Both the position numbers and the translations under genes were made by a program. 32,000 bases of DNA from the NCBI RefSeq assembly GCF_000009045.1, contig NC_000964.3, forward strand, positions 1,500,001 to 1,532,000, written 5' to 3'. Source of the DNA: Bacillus subtilis subsp. subtilis str. 168. GTDB taxonomy: Bacteria > Bacillota > Bacilli > Bacillales > Bacillaceae. Of this stretch, positions 18,333 to 27,921 are shown in pieces (position 1 is the stretch's first letter; the number at the start of each line of letters is the position of its first letter). A model generated the notes under the pieces. The model was not told where the DNA came from, ran no database searches, and saw only the letters and a list, made by a program, of their open reading frames with translations.

Positions 18333-19619
18333 ATGAGAAAATATCAAGCTCGTATCATTTCCATCATTTTGGCAATGATTTTTATAATGTTTTGGGATTA
18401 TTTATTTTATTTTATAGGCAAAAACCCGATTAATTGGCCTGTTGATATTGTGTATACTGCAGTCACGCTGGTAAGTGTCTGGATGTTGGCTTATTATATT
18501 GATGAGAAACAGCAGCTGGTTAAGAAAATGAAGGATAACGAATGGAAGTATAAACAGCTTTCTGAAGAAAAAAACCGCATCATGGATAATTTGCAGGAAA
18601 TCGTATTTCAAACGAATGCAAAAGGTGAAATTACATATTTAAACCAAGCGTGGGCATCTATAACCGGGTTTTCAATCAGTGAATGTATGGGAACAATGTA
18701 TAACGATTACTTCATAAAAGAAAAGCACGTAGCCGACCACATTAACACCCAAATCCAAAACAAAGCGTCTTCTGGCATGTTTACGGCAAAATACGTGACA
18801 AAAAACGGCACGATTTTTTGGGGAGAAGTTCATTATAAACTTTACTATGACCGGGATGACCAATTTACAGGCAGCCTGGGTACAATGTCAGATATCACTG
18901 AGCGGAAAGAGGCTGAAGATGAGCTCATTGAGATTAATGAACGGCTGGCGAGGGAATCCCAGAAACTATCAATCACAAGTGAACTTGCCGCAGGTATTGC
19001 TCATGAGGTCAGAAACCCTTTAACATCTGTCAGCGGTTTCCTCCAGATTATGAAAACACAATATCCGGACAGAAAAGACTATTTTGACATCATCTTTTCA
19101 GAGATTAAAAGAATCGATTTAGTGCTCAGCGAGCTGCTGCTGCTTGCAAAACCGCAGGCAATCACATTTAAAACACACCAGCTTAATGAGATCTTGAAAC
19201 AAGTCACGACATTGCTTGATACCAATGCAATTCTGTCCAATATCGTCATAGAGAAAAATTTCAAAGAGACAGATGGCTGTATGATTAATGGAGACGAAAA
19301 TCAGCTGAAGCAGGTCTTTATCAACATCATTAAAAACGGAATTGAGGCAATGCCAAAGGGCGGTGTCGTAACCATTTCAACTGCTAAAACCGCCTCTCAT
19401 GCAGTGATAAGCGTAAAGGATGAAGGAAACGGCATGCCGCAGGAAAAGCTGAAGCAGATTGGCAAACCTTTTTATTCAACAAAAGAAAAGGGCACTGGAC
19501 TGGGACTTCCCATTTGTTTGAGAATCCTGAAGGAACATGACGGGGAATTGAAAATCGAAAGTGAAGCTGGAAAAGGCAGCGTCTTTCAAGTGGTTTTGCC
19601 TTTAAAATCAGACAGCTGA
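18333..19619 (+). CDS. kinC: Sporulation/phosphorelay sensor histidine kinase
   Basis: 428 aa from MRKYQARIISIILAMIFIMFWDYLFYF; two TMs, PAS domain, H-box GIAHEVRNPLTSVSGFL, N/G boxes NIIKNGIEAMP, GTGLGLPIC. No adjacent response regulator. Confidence 0.93.
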   Translation: MRKYQARIISIILAMIFIMFWDYLFYFIGKNPINWPVDIVYTAVTLVSVWMLAYYIDEKQQLVKKMKDNEWKYKQLSEEKNRIMDNLQEIVFQTNAKGEITYLNQAWASITGFSISECMGTMYNDYFIKEKHVADHINTQIQNKASSGMFTAKYVTKNGTIFWGEVHYKLYYDRDDQFTGSLGTMSDITERKEAEDELIEINERLARESQKLSITSELAAGIAHEVRNPLTSVSGFLQIMKTQYPDRKDYFDIIFSEIKRIDLVLSELLLLAKPQAITFKTHQLNEILKQVTTLLDTNAILSNIVIEKNFKETDGCMINGDENQLKQVFINIIKNGIEAMPKGGVVTISTAKTASHAVISVKDEGNGMPQEKLKQIGKPFYSTKEKGTGLGLPICLRILKEHDGELKIESEAGKGSVFQVVLPLKSDS

Positions 19620-19634
19620 GAGGAGAAAAATAAA

Positions 19635-20468
19635 GTGAACTCGCTTCTGTTTGTATACGGGACATTAAGAAAGCATGAAAAAAACCATCATTTGCTGGCA
19701 CAATCGGCATGTATCAATGAGCAGGCGAGAACAAAGGGAAGTTTGTTTGCTGCAAAAGAGGGGCCCACAGTTGTTTTCAATGATGAAGATGAAGGCTATA
19801 TATATGGCGAAGTATATGAAGCAGATGAATTGTGTATACATAAGCTCGATCAATTTTTTCAAGGATATCATAAACAAACGGTGTTTGTAGAAACGGATGT
19901 CGGGATTAAAATTGCGCTTATTTATTTTATGAACAAAGACGGGTGTGCCGGTTTTACGAAAATAAGCAGCGGCGACTGGAAAGAACATCAGATGATCAGC
20001 AAATCGAAAAATCCCATTTATTATTTTGCCTATGGATCATGCATGGATAATGCCCGCTTTCAAAAAGCGGGAGTCGATCACTATTTTCAAGATCCAGTAG
20101 GAAGAGCTGTTTTAAAAGGATACACAACCCGCTTCACGCTAAAAAGGGAAGACGGTTCAAGAGCGGACATGTTGGAAGACGGAGGAACAACAGAAGGCGT
20201 TTTATACCGTATCCCTTATTCTGCTCTCTCCTATCTATATAAAAGGGAGGGCGTCGAATCTCTTACGTATCGGCCGGCATTTGTAGACGTTGAAGCTGGC
20301 GGAAGGCACTACAAAGACTGTTTAACCTTTCTCGTCCTCCAAAAAGAAGCGGAAATTGCCCCGCCTCAGCACTATCAGATTGAAATCGAACGCGGAGCGG
20401 AGCTGTATTTGTCGCCTGAGTTTACTGAAAAGCTCAAGCGGCATATGAATTCGCTGCCAAAAGGATAA
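19635..20468 (+). CDS. ykqA: Gamma-glutamylcyclotransferase/AIG2-like fold protein
   Basis: 277 aa, GTG start after GAGGAG. Two cyclotransferase-like signatures: SLLFVYGTLRKHEKN and YYFAYGSCMDNARF. Confidence 0.85.
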   Translation: MNSLLFVYGTLRKHEKNHHLLAQSACINEQARTKGSLFAAKEGPTVVFNDEDEGYIYGEVYEADELCIHKLDQFFQGYHKQTVFVETDVGIKIALIYFMNKDGCAGFTKISSGDWKEHQMISKSKNPIYYFAYGSCMDNARFQKAGVDHYFQDPVGRAVLKGYTTRFTLKREDGSRADMLEDGGTTEGVLYRIPYSALSYLYKREGVESLTYRPAFVDVEAGGRHYKDCLTFLVLQKEAEIAPPQHYQIEIERGAELYLSPEFTEKLKRHMNSLPKG

Positions 20469-20530
20469 CACTGTAACAAAAGAATATGATAAAATTTGAT
20501 CAATATCATGTCATATAAAGGAGCACCACG

Positions 20531-21196
20531 ATGAAAAAAGAATTTGCGGTAATTGGGCTGGGCCGTTTTGGTGGCAGTATTTGCAAAGCATTAAGCGAAG
20601 AAGGCGTCGAGGTTATGGCAATGGATATCGATGAAGATAAAGTCAACGAGTATGCCAAGATTGCATCTCACGCAGTTATCGGTGATTCGACAGACGAATC
20701 TGTCCTGAAAAATTTAGGCCTGCGAAATTTTGACCACGTTATTGTAGCAATCGGGGAAAATATTCAAGCGAGTATTTTAACGACACTCATTCTGAAAGAA
20801 CTTGGCGTCCATACGATTACAGTTAAAGCGCAGAACGATTATCACGAAAAAGTGCTGTCTAAAATTGGTGCGGATCACATCGTCCACCCGGAACGCGATA
20901 TGGCAAAACGAATTGCGCATAATATCGTGTCCAACAATGTACTTGACTATTTGGAGCTGTCTGAAGAGCATAGTCTTGTTGAAATCGTAGCTAACAGCCG
21001 CCTGGCTGGAAATACGCTTCTCGATTTAGATATTCGCGCAAAATACGGTATTAACATCGTAGCCATAAAAAGGGGCAAGGAAGTCATCGTATCACCGCTT
21101 GCAACCGAAGTCATCCACCAAGAAGATATACTCATTGTTATTGGATCAGTTACAGACATCTCCCGTTTCGAAAAAAGAGTTCTTCATACAAAATAG
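20531..21196 (+). CDS. ktrC: Ktr potassium channel cytoplasmic regulatory (RCK) subunit
   Basis: 221 aa; KTN/RCK-N Rossmann FAVIGLGRFGGSICKAL and RCK-C domain. Confidence 0.93.
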   Translation: MKKEFAVIGLGRFGGSICKALSEEGVEVMAMDIDEDKVNEYAKIASHAVIGDSTDESVLKNLGLRNFDHVIVAIGENIQASILTTLILKELGVHTITVKAQNDYHEKVLSKIGADHIVHPERDMAKRIAHNIVSNNVLDYLELSEEHSLVEIVANSRLAGNTLLDLDIRAKYGINIVAIKRGKEVIVSPLATEVIHQEDILIVIGSVTDISRFEKRVLHTK

Positions 21197-21208
21197 CAGC
21201 CAAATAAG

Positions 21209-21230
21209 CCGTCCTCAAAGGGCGGTTTTT
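21209..21230 (+). terminator. Weak terminator after ktrC
   Basis: CCGTCC-TCAAA-GGGCGG followed by TTTT. Confidence 0.6.
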
Positions 21231-21350
21231 CATATTATCAGAATATAACAACTTTAATGAACTGAGCGTCAATTTCTTAAAATTTCATTGACTAAGCACA
21301 GGCGTTCCGATAGCATATTGTACCATATAATAAAAAAAGGAGGGGCCTAT

Positions 21351-23084
21351 TTGAATAAAGAAGCGCTAGTCAATAGGCTGAATGCTTCAGCCAAAAGACA
21401 AAAAGCTGATATCGTCATTAAAAACGGAAAAATCATGGACGTATATAATCAAGAATGGATATATGAAGATATTGCGATTACAGATGGAGTTATTGTAGGC
21501 CTCGGTGAGTATGAAGGCGAAAATATCATTGATGCAGAGGGACAAATGATTGTTCCGGGTTTTATTGATGGACATGTACATATTGAGTCGTCAATGGTTA
21601 CACCGATTGAGTTCGCTAAAGCAGTGTTGCCTCATGGCGTGACGACGGTTGTTACAGATCCGCATGAGATCGCGAATGTGTCTGGTGAAAAAGGGATTGA
21701 GTTTATGCTTGAACAAGCTCGGCATACACCGCTGAATATCCATTTTATGCTTCCTTCCAGTGTGCCTGCCGCAAGTTTTGAGCGATCAGGCGCAATTCTC
21801 AAAGCTGCCGATCTCAAGCCTTTTTATGAAGAAGAAGAAGTATTAGGGCTGGCTGAAGTTATGGATTATGTGTCGGTTCAGCAGGCTGAAAAAGACATGG
21901 TTCAGAAACTGCTTGATGCCCGTGTGGCAGGAAAAAGGATAGACGGTCATTTAGCTGGTTTATCAACAGACCTCATTAACATTTACAGAACCGCATTTGT
22001 CTTAAACGACCATGAAGTAACATCGAAGGAAGAAGCCCTTGATCGTATCAGAAGGGGCATGTATGTCATGATGCGTGAAGGATCAGTCGCCAAAAACACG
22101 CTCAATGTGCTGCCGGCGGTGAATGAAAAGAACGCACGCCGGTTCTTTTTCTGTACGGATGATAAGCATGTGGATGATTTATTGTCAGAGGGAAGTGTAA
22201 ACCATCAGGTGAAAATGGCGATTCAAGCCGGACTTAATCCGTTTTTAGCCTATCAGCTAGGAAGCCTCAATGCAGCCGAATGCTACGGATTAGATACAAA
22301 GGGAGCGATTGCCCCGGGTTTTGACGCTGATTTGCTTTTTGTATCTGATCTGGAAAATGTCACTGTCACAATGACGATGGTAAAAGGGCAGACTGTTGCT
22401 GAAGACAGCAAAGCGGTCTATCAGGATCATGCTTCAACTGCAGCACCAGATCAGGCACTGCTTGATTCTGTTAAGCTTGCTGCTCCTCTTAACAAACAGG
22501 ATTTTCATATGCCAATCGATTCAGAGCAGCAGATCAATGTCATTCAAATCATACCAAATCAGCTTGAAACACGATTAGTACAAGTTCCGGCTCCTGTTGC
22601 CCGCGAATTTGAGCCTGACACTGAGCTTGATTTGTTAAAGATTGCAGTTGTCGAGCGGCATAAAGGATTAAAAGAAACCGGACTTGGTGTTGTGAAAGGT
22701 TTTGGATTCAAGAGCGGAGCGATTGCCACAACCATTTCACACGACTCCCATAATATTATTGCCGTCGGAACGAATGATGAGGATATCGCGGCGGCAGTTA
22801 ATAAGCTGCAGGAAATTGGCGGAGGATTAACAATTATAAAAAATGGGGAAGAGCTCCATTCAGTACCGCTGCCGATTGCAGGGTTATTATCCGACCAATC
22901 TGCAGAGCAAGTGAATCAAAGCTTGCTGACGCTTCATGATAAATTGTCGTTAATCGGTTTCACAGGCGGATTTAATCCATTTTTGACATTGTCGTTTTTA
23001 GCGTTGCCTGTCATTCCTGATATTAAAATGACGACTACGGGATTATTCGATGTAAAATCATTTCAACACATATCACTGCAATAA
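21351..23084 (+). CDS. adeC: Adenine deaminase
   Basis: 577 aa, TTG start after AAGGAGGGGCCTAT; amidohydrolase motif GFIDGHVHIESSMVTP. Confidence 0.94.
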   Translation: MNKEALVNRLNASAKRQKADIVIKNGKIMDVYNQEWIYEDIAITDGVIVGLGEYEGENIIDAEGQMIVPGFIDGHVHIESSMVTPIEFAKAVLPHGVTTVVTDPHEIANVSGEKGIEFMLEQARHTPLNIHFMLPSSVPAASFERSGAILKAADLKPFYEEEEVLGLAEVMDYVSVQQAEKDMVQKLLDARVAGKRIDGHLAGLSTDLINIYRTAFVLNDHEVTSKEEALDRIRRGMYVMMREGSVAKNTLNVLPAVNEKNARRFFFCTDDKHVDDLLSEGSVNHQVKMAIQAGLNPFLAYQLGSLNAAECYGLDTKGAIAPGFDADLLFVSDLENVTVTMTMVKGQTVAEDSKAVYQDHASTAAPDQALLDSVKLAAPLNKQDFHMPIDSEQQINVIQIIPNQLETRLVQVPAPVAREFEPDTELDLLKIAVVERHKGLKETGLGVVKGFGFKSGAIATTISHDSHNIIAVGTNDEDIAAAVNKLQEIGGGLTIIKNGEELHSVPLPIAGLLSDQSAEQVNQSLLTLHDKLSLIGFTGGFNPFLTLSFLALPVIPDIKMTTTGLFDVKSFQHISLQ

Positions 23085-23117
23085 AAAGAGGCACTCCCTT
23101 AGGGAGTGCCTCTTTTT
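23083..23117. terminator. Strong bidirectional terminator between convergent adeC and rnjA
   Basis: AAAAAGAGGCACTCCC-TTA-GGGAGTGCCTCTTTTT, nearly perfect palindrome. Confidence 0.93.
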
Positions 23118-24785
23118 TTAAACCTCCATAATGATCGGCAGGATCATTGGACGGCGCTTTGTTTTTTCGTACAAGAAAGGTGCAAGCGTGTCTGTAATTT
23201 CGTTTTTGATTTCAGACCATTGAGTCGTTTTTCGTTCCATTACTTTTTGTAAGTGATTTGAAATGAGCTCTTGAGCGTCGTTGATCAAGTCACCAGATTC
23301 TCTCATGTACACAAATCCTCTGGAAATCAAATCAGGACCCGCTGAAATCTTGAAGTCGTCCATGTCAATGCTGACAACAACGATGACAAGTCCTTCTTCA
23401 GAGAGAATTCTGCGATCACGAAGTACGATATTGCCAATATCACCGATACCGCTTCCGTCAATGTACACTGAACCGGACGGGATTTTTCCTGCAACTGAAG
23501 CCTCATCGCCTTTAAGTGCTAATACTTCACCATTATCCATGATAAAGCAGTTTTCCTCTGGGATGCCACAATCTGTTGCAAGTTTGACATGCATCTTTTG
23601 CATTCTGTACTCACCGTGAATCGGCATGAAGAATTTAGGCTTGATTAAACGAAGCATCAGCTTCTGTTCTTCCTGTCCGCCGTGACCGGATGTATGGATA
23701 TCGTTAAGAGGGCCGTGAATAACCTCAGCACCCGCACGATACAGCTGGTTGATTGTTCGACTCACGCTGATTGTGTTGCCTGGGATAGGGGATGAAGAAA
23801 ATACGACTGTATCCCCAGGATTGATTGAAATTTGGCGGTGTGTGCCGTTTGCAATTCTTGATAACGCCGCCATTGGTTCCCCTTGGCTTCCTGTACATAA
23901 AATTGTTACTTTATTAGCAGGCATACGATTGATTTCGTTATGCTCAATAAACGTATTTTTAGGACAGTTAATATAACCGAGTGTCTGTCCAATTTCGATA
24001 GCCGATTCCATACTGCGTCCAAATACGGCAACTTTTCTTCCATTTTGTACAGCAGCTTCAATTACCTGCTGCAAGCGGTGAATATTCGACGCAAATGTGG
24101 CGAAGATAATTCGGCCGTCCACCTTGCGGAAAATGTCATGAATGCTTTCTCCTACACGGCGCTCAGACATGGTAAACTCCGGATTTTCACTGTTTGTGCT
24201 GTCTGAAAGAAGGCACAAAACGCCTTCTTTACCGATTTCGGCCATTTTCGTTAAGTTTGCCGGCTCGCCGACTGGAGTAAAGTCGAATTTGAAATCCCCA
24301 GTATGTACGATGTTTCCGGGCGGCGTTTTTACAACAATGCCGTAGGAATCCGGAATACTGTGTGTTGTTCTGAAGAATGACACAGCCGTTTTGCGGAACT
24401 TTACAATATCATCCTCGCCGATAATGTTCAGTTTCGTCTGTCTCAATAATCCATGCTCTTCAAGTTTATTCCGAAGTAAGCCGATCGCGAGTTTTCCGCC
24501 GTATACAGGAATATTCACTTGTCTGAGCAGGTATGGAATACCGCCGATGTGGTCTTCGTGCCCGTGGGTGATAAAAAGCCCTTTAATTTTATCTTCGTTT
24601 TTGACTAAATACGTATAATCAGGGATGACGTAGTCAATTCCGAGCAGTTCGTCCTCGGGAAACTTGATCCCCGCATCAATCAGTACAATTTCATCCTGGA
24701 ATTGCACCGCGTACGTATTTTTACCGATTTCGCCCAAACCTCCGAGGGCGAAAACAGCAGTCTGATCATTTTTTACAAATTTCAT
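23118..24785 (-). CDS. rnjA: Ribonuclease J1
   Basis: 555 aa from [23 protein letters not shown]; metallo-beta-lactamase/beta-CASP motifs [12 protein letters not shown] and HTSGHGG. Confidence 0.96.
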   Translation of the reverse strand: MKFVKNDQTAVFALGGLGEIGKNTYAVQFQDEIVLIDAGIKFPEDELLGIDYVIPDYTYLVKNEDKIKGLFITHGHEDHIGGIPYLLRQVNIPVYGGKLAIGLLRNKLEEHGLLRQTKLNIIGEDDIVKFRKTAVSFFRTTHSIPDSYGIVVKTPPGNIVHTGDFKFDFTPVGEPANLTKMAEIGKEGVLCLLSDSTNSENPEFTMSERRVGESIHDIFRKVDGRIIFATFASNIHRLQQVIEAAVQNGRKVAVFGRSMESAIEIGQTLGYINCPKNTFIEHNEINRMPANKVTILCTGSQGEPMAALSRIANGTHRQISINPGDTVVFSSSPIPGNTISVSRTINQLYRAGAEVIHGPLNDIHTSGHGGQEEQKLMLRLIKPKFFMPIHGEYRMQKMHVKLATDCGIPEENCFIMDNGEVLALKGDEASVAGKIPSGSVYIDGSGIGDIGNIVLRDRRILSEEGLVIVVVSIDMDDFKISAGPDLISRGFVYMRESGDLINDAQELISNHLQKVMERKTTQWSEIKNEITDTLAPFLYEKTKRRPMILPIIMEV

Positions 24786-24790
24786 ACCGC

Positions 24791-25000
24791 TCATAACTCC
24801 AATACTTTAAAATTTTCGCTCTGTTGTTCATATTCTAAGAATGCACCATCAACAGGTGTAATAAACTCAATATTAAATTTCTTTTCTTTCAGCTTTGTTC
24901 TGACGTCACGCTCAGATACGCCTTCAATATAAAGTGAATCTGTCTTTTCCCGAACAGGTACTTCGTCAGCCTTCTCTTGATAAAATACCTTATAAATCAT
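24791..25000 (-). CDS. rpoY: RNA polymerase epsilon subunit
   Basis: 69 aa [69 protein letters not shown]; immediately upstream of rnjA. Confidence 0.93.
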   Translation of the reverse strand: MIYKVFYQEKADEVPVREKTDSLYIEGVSERDVRTKLKEKKFNIEFITPVDGAFLEYEQQSENFKVLEL

Positions 25001-25045
25001 TCCAAATCTCTCCTTAAATGCCGTATGTTAGACTCGCTCATTCTA

Positions 25046-25068
25046 TTATATTCGAAAACGGAATATAA
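25046..25068. repeat. Perfect inverted repeat overlapping putative rpoY-rnjA promoter
   Basis: TTATATTC-GAAAACG-GAATATAA; the minus-strand -10 TATAAT is at 25045-25050. Confidence 0.6.
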
Positions 25069-25085
25069 GGAAAGCCTTGAGCAAA

Positions 25086-25117
25086 ATAAGGATCTCTCAA
25101 AAAGTGAAAGATCCCTT
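25086..25117 (-). terminator. Stem-loop downstream of the 23-aa ORF
   Basis: Minus strand AAGGGATCTTTCACTTTTTGAGAGATCCTTATTTT: AGGGATCTTTC pairs with GAGAGATCCTT via G-U pairs; T-rich tail. Confidence 0.55.
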
Positions 25118-25118
25118 G

Positions 25119-25190
25119 TCAGGCAATTGCTTTCTTACGGAGCATTCCGTTCCATTGTCTTCTGAGTTTCTTTCTTAATTTACGCAGCAT
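25119..25190 (-). CDS. Candidate 23-aa arginine/lysine-rich small protein MLRKLRKKLRRQWNGMLRKKAIA
   Basis: Read from the sequence; absent from the ORF track because of length. RBS AAAGGAGGG 8 nt before the ATG, with a stem-loop right after the stop. Confidence 0.55.
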   Translation of the reverse strand: MLRKLRKKLRRQWNGMLRKKAIA

Positions 25191-25385
25191 TAGCCAGTCC
25201 CTCCTTTAATGAAAAATTTGTCCCAGAGTTCTTTTATACAAATAGTATACGGAGATTGAGGAAGACTTTTCGTGGTTATTAATGGAATTTAATATGATTT
25301 TTGAACGAAATTGTTTGCTGAATGACAATCTTTTTGTATGATGAGGGTGGGAATTGCAGACCAAGACGATAAAGGGGAAGTTGCG

Positions 25386-26159
25386 ATGGATTCTAAATTA
25401 ATCTTTTTTGATATTGACGGCACAATATATGATCATGATAAGAATATACCGGAAAGTACGAGAAAAACCGTGGCGGAGCTTCAGCGCCAAGGGCATCATG
25501 TGTTTATTGCCAGCGGCCGGTCTCCATTTTTGGTTAAGCCGATTTTGGAGGAGCTGGGCATCCACTCATTTATTTCCTACAATGGACAGTTTGTTGTCTT
25601 TGAAAATCAAGTGATTTATAAAAATCCGCTGCCTGAAAATGCAATCAGGCGATTATTAAAGCAGGCGGATGAAGGCAAGCATCCTGTTGTGTTTATGGCT
25701 GAGGACACGATGAAAGCGACTGTTGCGGATCACCCCCATGTTCTCGAGGGAATCGGCAGCCTTAAAACAGATTATCCAGAGACCGATGACCTTTTTTATG
25801 AAGGAAAAGAAATTTTTCAGCTTCTTTTATTTTGTCAGGATGAAGAAGAAAAAGCTTATGCCGCTTTTCCTGAGTTTGATCTAGTTCGCTGGCATGAGCT
25901 ATCGACTGATGTTCTGCCGCACGGAGGTTCGAAGGCAGAAGGAATCAAAAAAGTGATTGAGCGTCTTCCGTTTGATATCGGCGATACATATGCTTTCGGC
26001 GACGGATTAAATGATTTGCAAATGATTGAATACGTTGGGACAGGCGTTGCTATGGGAAATGCTGTTCCCGAACTGAAAGAAATCGCGGACTTTGTAACAA
26101 AACCGGTGGACGAGGATGGAATTGCATACGCTGTCAAAGAATTGGGCCTTTTAAAATAA
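25386..26159 (+). CDS. ykrA: Cof-type HAD-family hydrolase
   Basis: 257 aa from MDSKLIFFDIDGTIYDHDKNIP; HAD motifs, GDTYAFGDGLNDLQMIEYVGTGVAMGNA; RBS AAAGGGG. Confidence 0.93.
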   Translation: MDSKLIFFDIDGTIYDHDKNIPESTRKTVAELQRQGHHVFIASGRSPFLVKPILEELGIHSFISYNGQFVVFENQVIYKNPLPENAIRRLLKQADEGKHPVVFMAEDTMKATVADHPHVLEGIGSLKTDYPETDDLFYEGKEIFQLLLFCQDEEEKAYAAFPEFDLVRWHELSTDVLPHGGSKAEGIKKVIERLPFDIGDTYAFGDGLNDLQMIEYVGTGVAMGNAVPELKEIADFVTKPVDEDGIAYAVKELGLLK

Positions 26160-26160
26160 A

Positions 26161-26190
26161 GAAACGGCTGGCATTGTGCCAGCCGTTTTC
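26161..26190. terminator. Bidirectional terminator between ykrA and defB
   Basis: GAAACGGCTGGC-ATTGT-GCCAGCCGTTTTC. Confidence 0.88.
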
Positions 26191-26194
26191 TCTT

Positions 26195-26749
26195 TTAGCG
26201 CTCAATTGCGATTGCATTTTCAGGTTCTTTGAAAGGATTTTCCTTATCAATATGATCATAGAACATAACGCCGTTCAAATGATCGATCTCATGCTGAAAC
26301 ACAATAGCCGGAAATCCTTTTAAACGAATATCAATATTTTCGCCTTCTAGTGTTGTTCCTTTTACTCTGATGCGAGCATAGCGGGGAACATAACCGGGAA
26401 TCGCTTCATCCACAGAGAGGCAGCCCTCGCCGCTTGTTAAGTAGCTTTTTTCAACTGAATGGCTGACGATCTTAGGATTAAACAGAGCATAGCTGTATAA
26501 TTTACCGGAAGCATCTTCCGCATGAACGGCGATCATTCGTTTTTTGATATTAATTTGAGGAGCTGCGAGTCCTACGCCAGGGCGCAGCTTGTATTTTTCG
26601 GCTAATTCTGGATTTTGGCTGTTTTTAACAAATTCGATCATGTCGGCCAGCTGCTGTTTTTCTGCATCAGTTGGAGGCAGCTCAACAGGTTCGGCAGTCT
26701 CTCTGAGGGCTGGATGGCCGTCACGTACGATGTTTTCCATAGTAATCAA
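26195..26749 (-). CDS. defB: Peptide deformylase
   Basis: 184 aa; PDF motifs [30 protein letters not shown]. Confidence 0.95.
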   Translation of the reverse strand: MITMENIVRDGHPALRETAEPVELPPTDAEKQQLADMIEFVKNSQNPELAEKYKLRPGVGLAAPQINIKKRMIAVHAEDASGKLYSYALFNPKIVSHSVEKSYLTSGEGCLSVDEAIPGYVPRYARIRVKGTTLEGENIDIRLKGFPAIVFQHEIDHLNGVMFYDHIDKENPFKEPENAIAIER

Positions 26750-26858
26750 GAAACTTCACTCCTAAAGCTTAATATGTAAATTATATCGGATTTCTTCACA
26801 AAGGTGCAACGAAACGAATGACCAGCCGTATATGGCTGGTCAATTTCATGCTGTGTGG

Positions 26859-27017
26859 TTAGCAACAGCCTCCACCTAAATAAGCAGCTCCGACAATGAT
26901 TAACAGAATGAATAAAACAACGATTAGCGCAAAGGTGCGGCCGTAGCCATATCCGCAGCCACCATATCCGTAACCACCATAACTGCAGCAGCCTCCGCCG
27001 TAACCATATCCATACAT
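26859..27017 (-). CDS. Tiny YjcZ-family-like Gly/Tyr/Cys-rich single-TM peptide (52 aa)
   Basis: [52 protein letters not shown]; RBS GAGGAGG upstream. Absent from the ORF track because it is under 60 aa. The C-terminal [16 protein letters not shown] resembles the YjcZ/sporulation tiny-TM family. Confidence 0.85.
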
Positions 27018-27078
27018 ATTACATAACCTCCTCTTTTAATTACGCCAGAGCCTTTATAAGTAGGCATAGCGTCTAATA

Positions 27079-27105
27079 TAACCTATGTAAAAACAAAAAA
27101 GTTGT
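27079..27105 (-). promoter_or_regulatory. Candidate SigK-type promoter for the 52-aa peptide
   Basis: Minus strand: AC, 16 nt, CATAGGTTA, compared with the SigK consensus AC-N16/17-CATANNNTA. Confidence 0.45.
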
Positions 27106-27230
27106 ATGGTCATCTGTCCTGATTTTTCACTTTTTTGATTTAATTTCAGTATTGCATTTATACAGCACGGCTATTGCCAAATGTCCCCATGGATTCTATA
27201 GTAGAAATTGTCAAGATTGGGGGATTTAAC

Positions 27231-27902
27231 GTGAAAGACGCTATAAAACGGCGGCCTGGAATCAAGATCGGAGCTTTTTGTGCCATGGCACTGATATTAA
27301 CAGGATGCATGGGACAGGACCCGGTTGATTCACTTCATCATTCATTAGAAAAAGCCGCGGAATCGGAAAAGCCGTTTCAAGAAGAACAAAACACACTCAA
27401 AGAATTAGAGGCCAAAGAAAATCAGCTTTACGATAGTGTTATGAAGCTCAATATGGATGATTATAAAAAAATTGTTGCTTTATCTAATAAGGCGCTTGAA
27501 AATGTCAGCAAGCGCGAAGAACACCTAAAGCTTGAAAATGACAGCATGAAAAAATCGGAAACAGAATTTGAGGAAGCAAAAACGTCAGCGGAACATATTA
27601 AGGAAAAAGACATAAAAGAAAAGGCCGATGCCGCAGCAAACCATATGGAGAAAAGATATACATCATATGGCACTATGTATAAAGAGTATAAAAAAGCGCT
27701 TGAGCTTAATAAAAAACTGTATATGCAGCTGAAAGACAAAGATTTGACAAGAGATGATCTGGATCAGCAGATCGATAAAGTCAATGCTTCTTATGAAAAG
27801 ATCCTTAAATATAGCGGAGAATTTAATGAACAAACCGAAAAATATAATAAAGCCCGGGAAGATTTATATGATGCTGCAGGCTATCGTGTGAAAAAGAGCT
27901 GA
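27231..27902 (+). CDS. ykyA: Putative cell-wall-binding lipoprotein, coiled coil rich
   Basis: 223 aa from GTG after GGGGGAT. Lipobox-containing signal peptide (GIKIGAFCAMALILTGCMGQ) followed by long charged helices. Confidence 0.85.
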   Translation: MKDAIKRRPGIKIGAFCAMALILTGCMGQDPVDSLHHSLEKAAESEKPFQEEQNTLKELEAKENQLYDSVMKLNMDDYKKIVALSNKALENVSKREEHLKLENDSMKKSETEFEEAKTSAEHIKEKDIKEKADAAANHMEKRYTSYGTMYKEYKKALELNKKLYMQLKDKDLTRDDLDQQIDKVNASYEKILKYSGEFNEQTEKYNKAREDLYDAAGYRVKKS

Positions 27903-27921
27903 CTCGATCAGCTCTTTTTTT
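27891..27921 (+). terminator. Terminator after ykyA
   Basis: AAAAAGAGCTGACTCGATCAGCTCTTTTTTT. Confidence 0.88.

Noticed and set aside
18333-19619. KinC as part of a novel two-component operon
   Set aside because: No response regulator is adjacent, and kinC is a known orphan phosphorelay kinase; neighbours ykqA and ktrC do not suggest a new signalling cassette.
21288-21350. N-terminal extension MTKHRRSDSILYHIIKKGGAY of adeC
   Set aside because: The strong RBS AAGGAGGGG lies within this segment and directs the TTG start at 21351.
24977-25165. 62-aa plus-strand [18 protein letters not shown]...
   Set aside because: Spans the intergenic promoter, dyad and hairpin region between rpoY and the 23-aa ORF; no RBS and no family resemblance.
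25338-25385. Extended start of the YkrA ORF
   Set aside because: The HAD domain starts right after the ATG at 25386, which has AAAGGGG upstream; the upstream segment overlaps a likely promoter (TTGCTG-N16-TATGAT).
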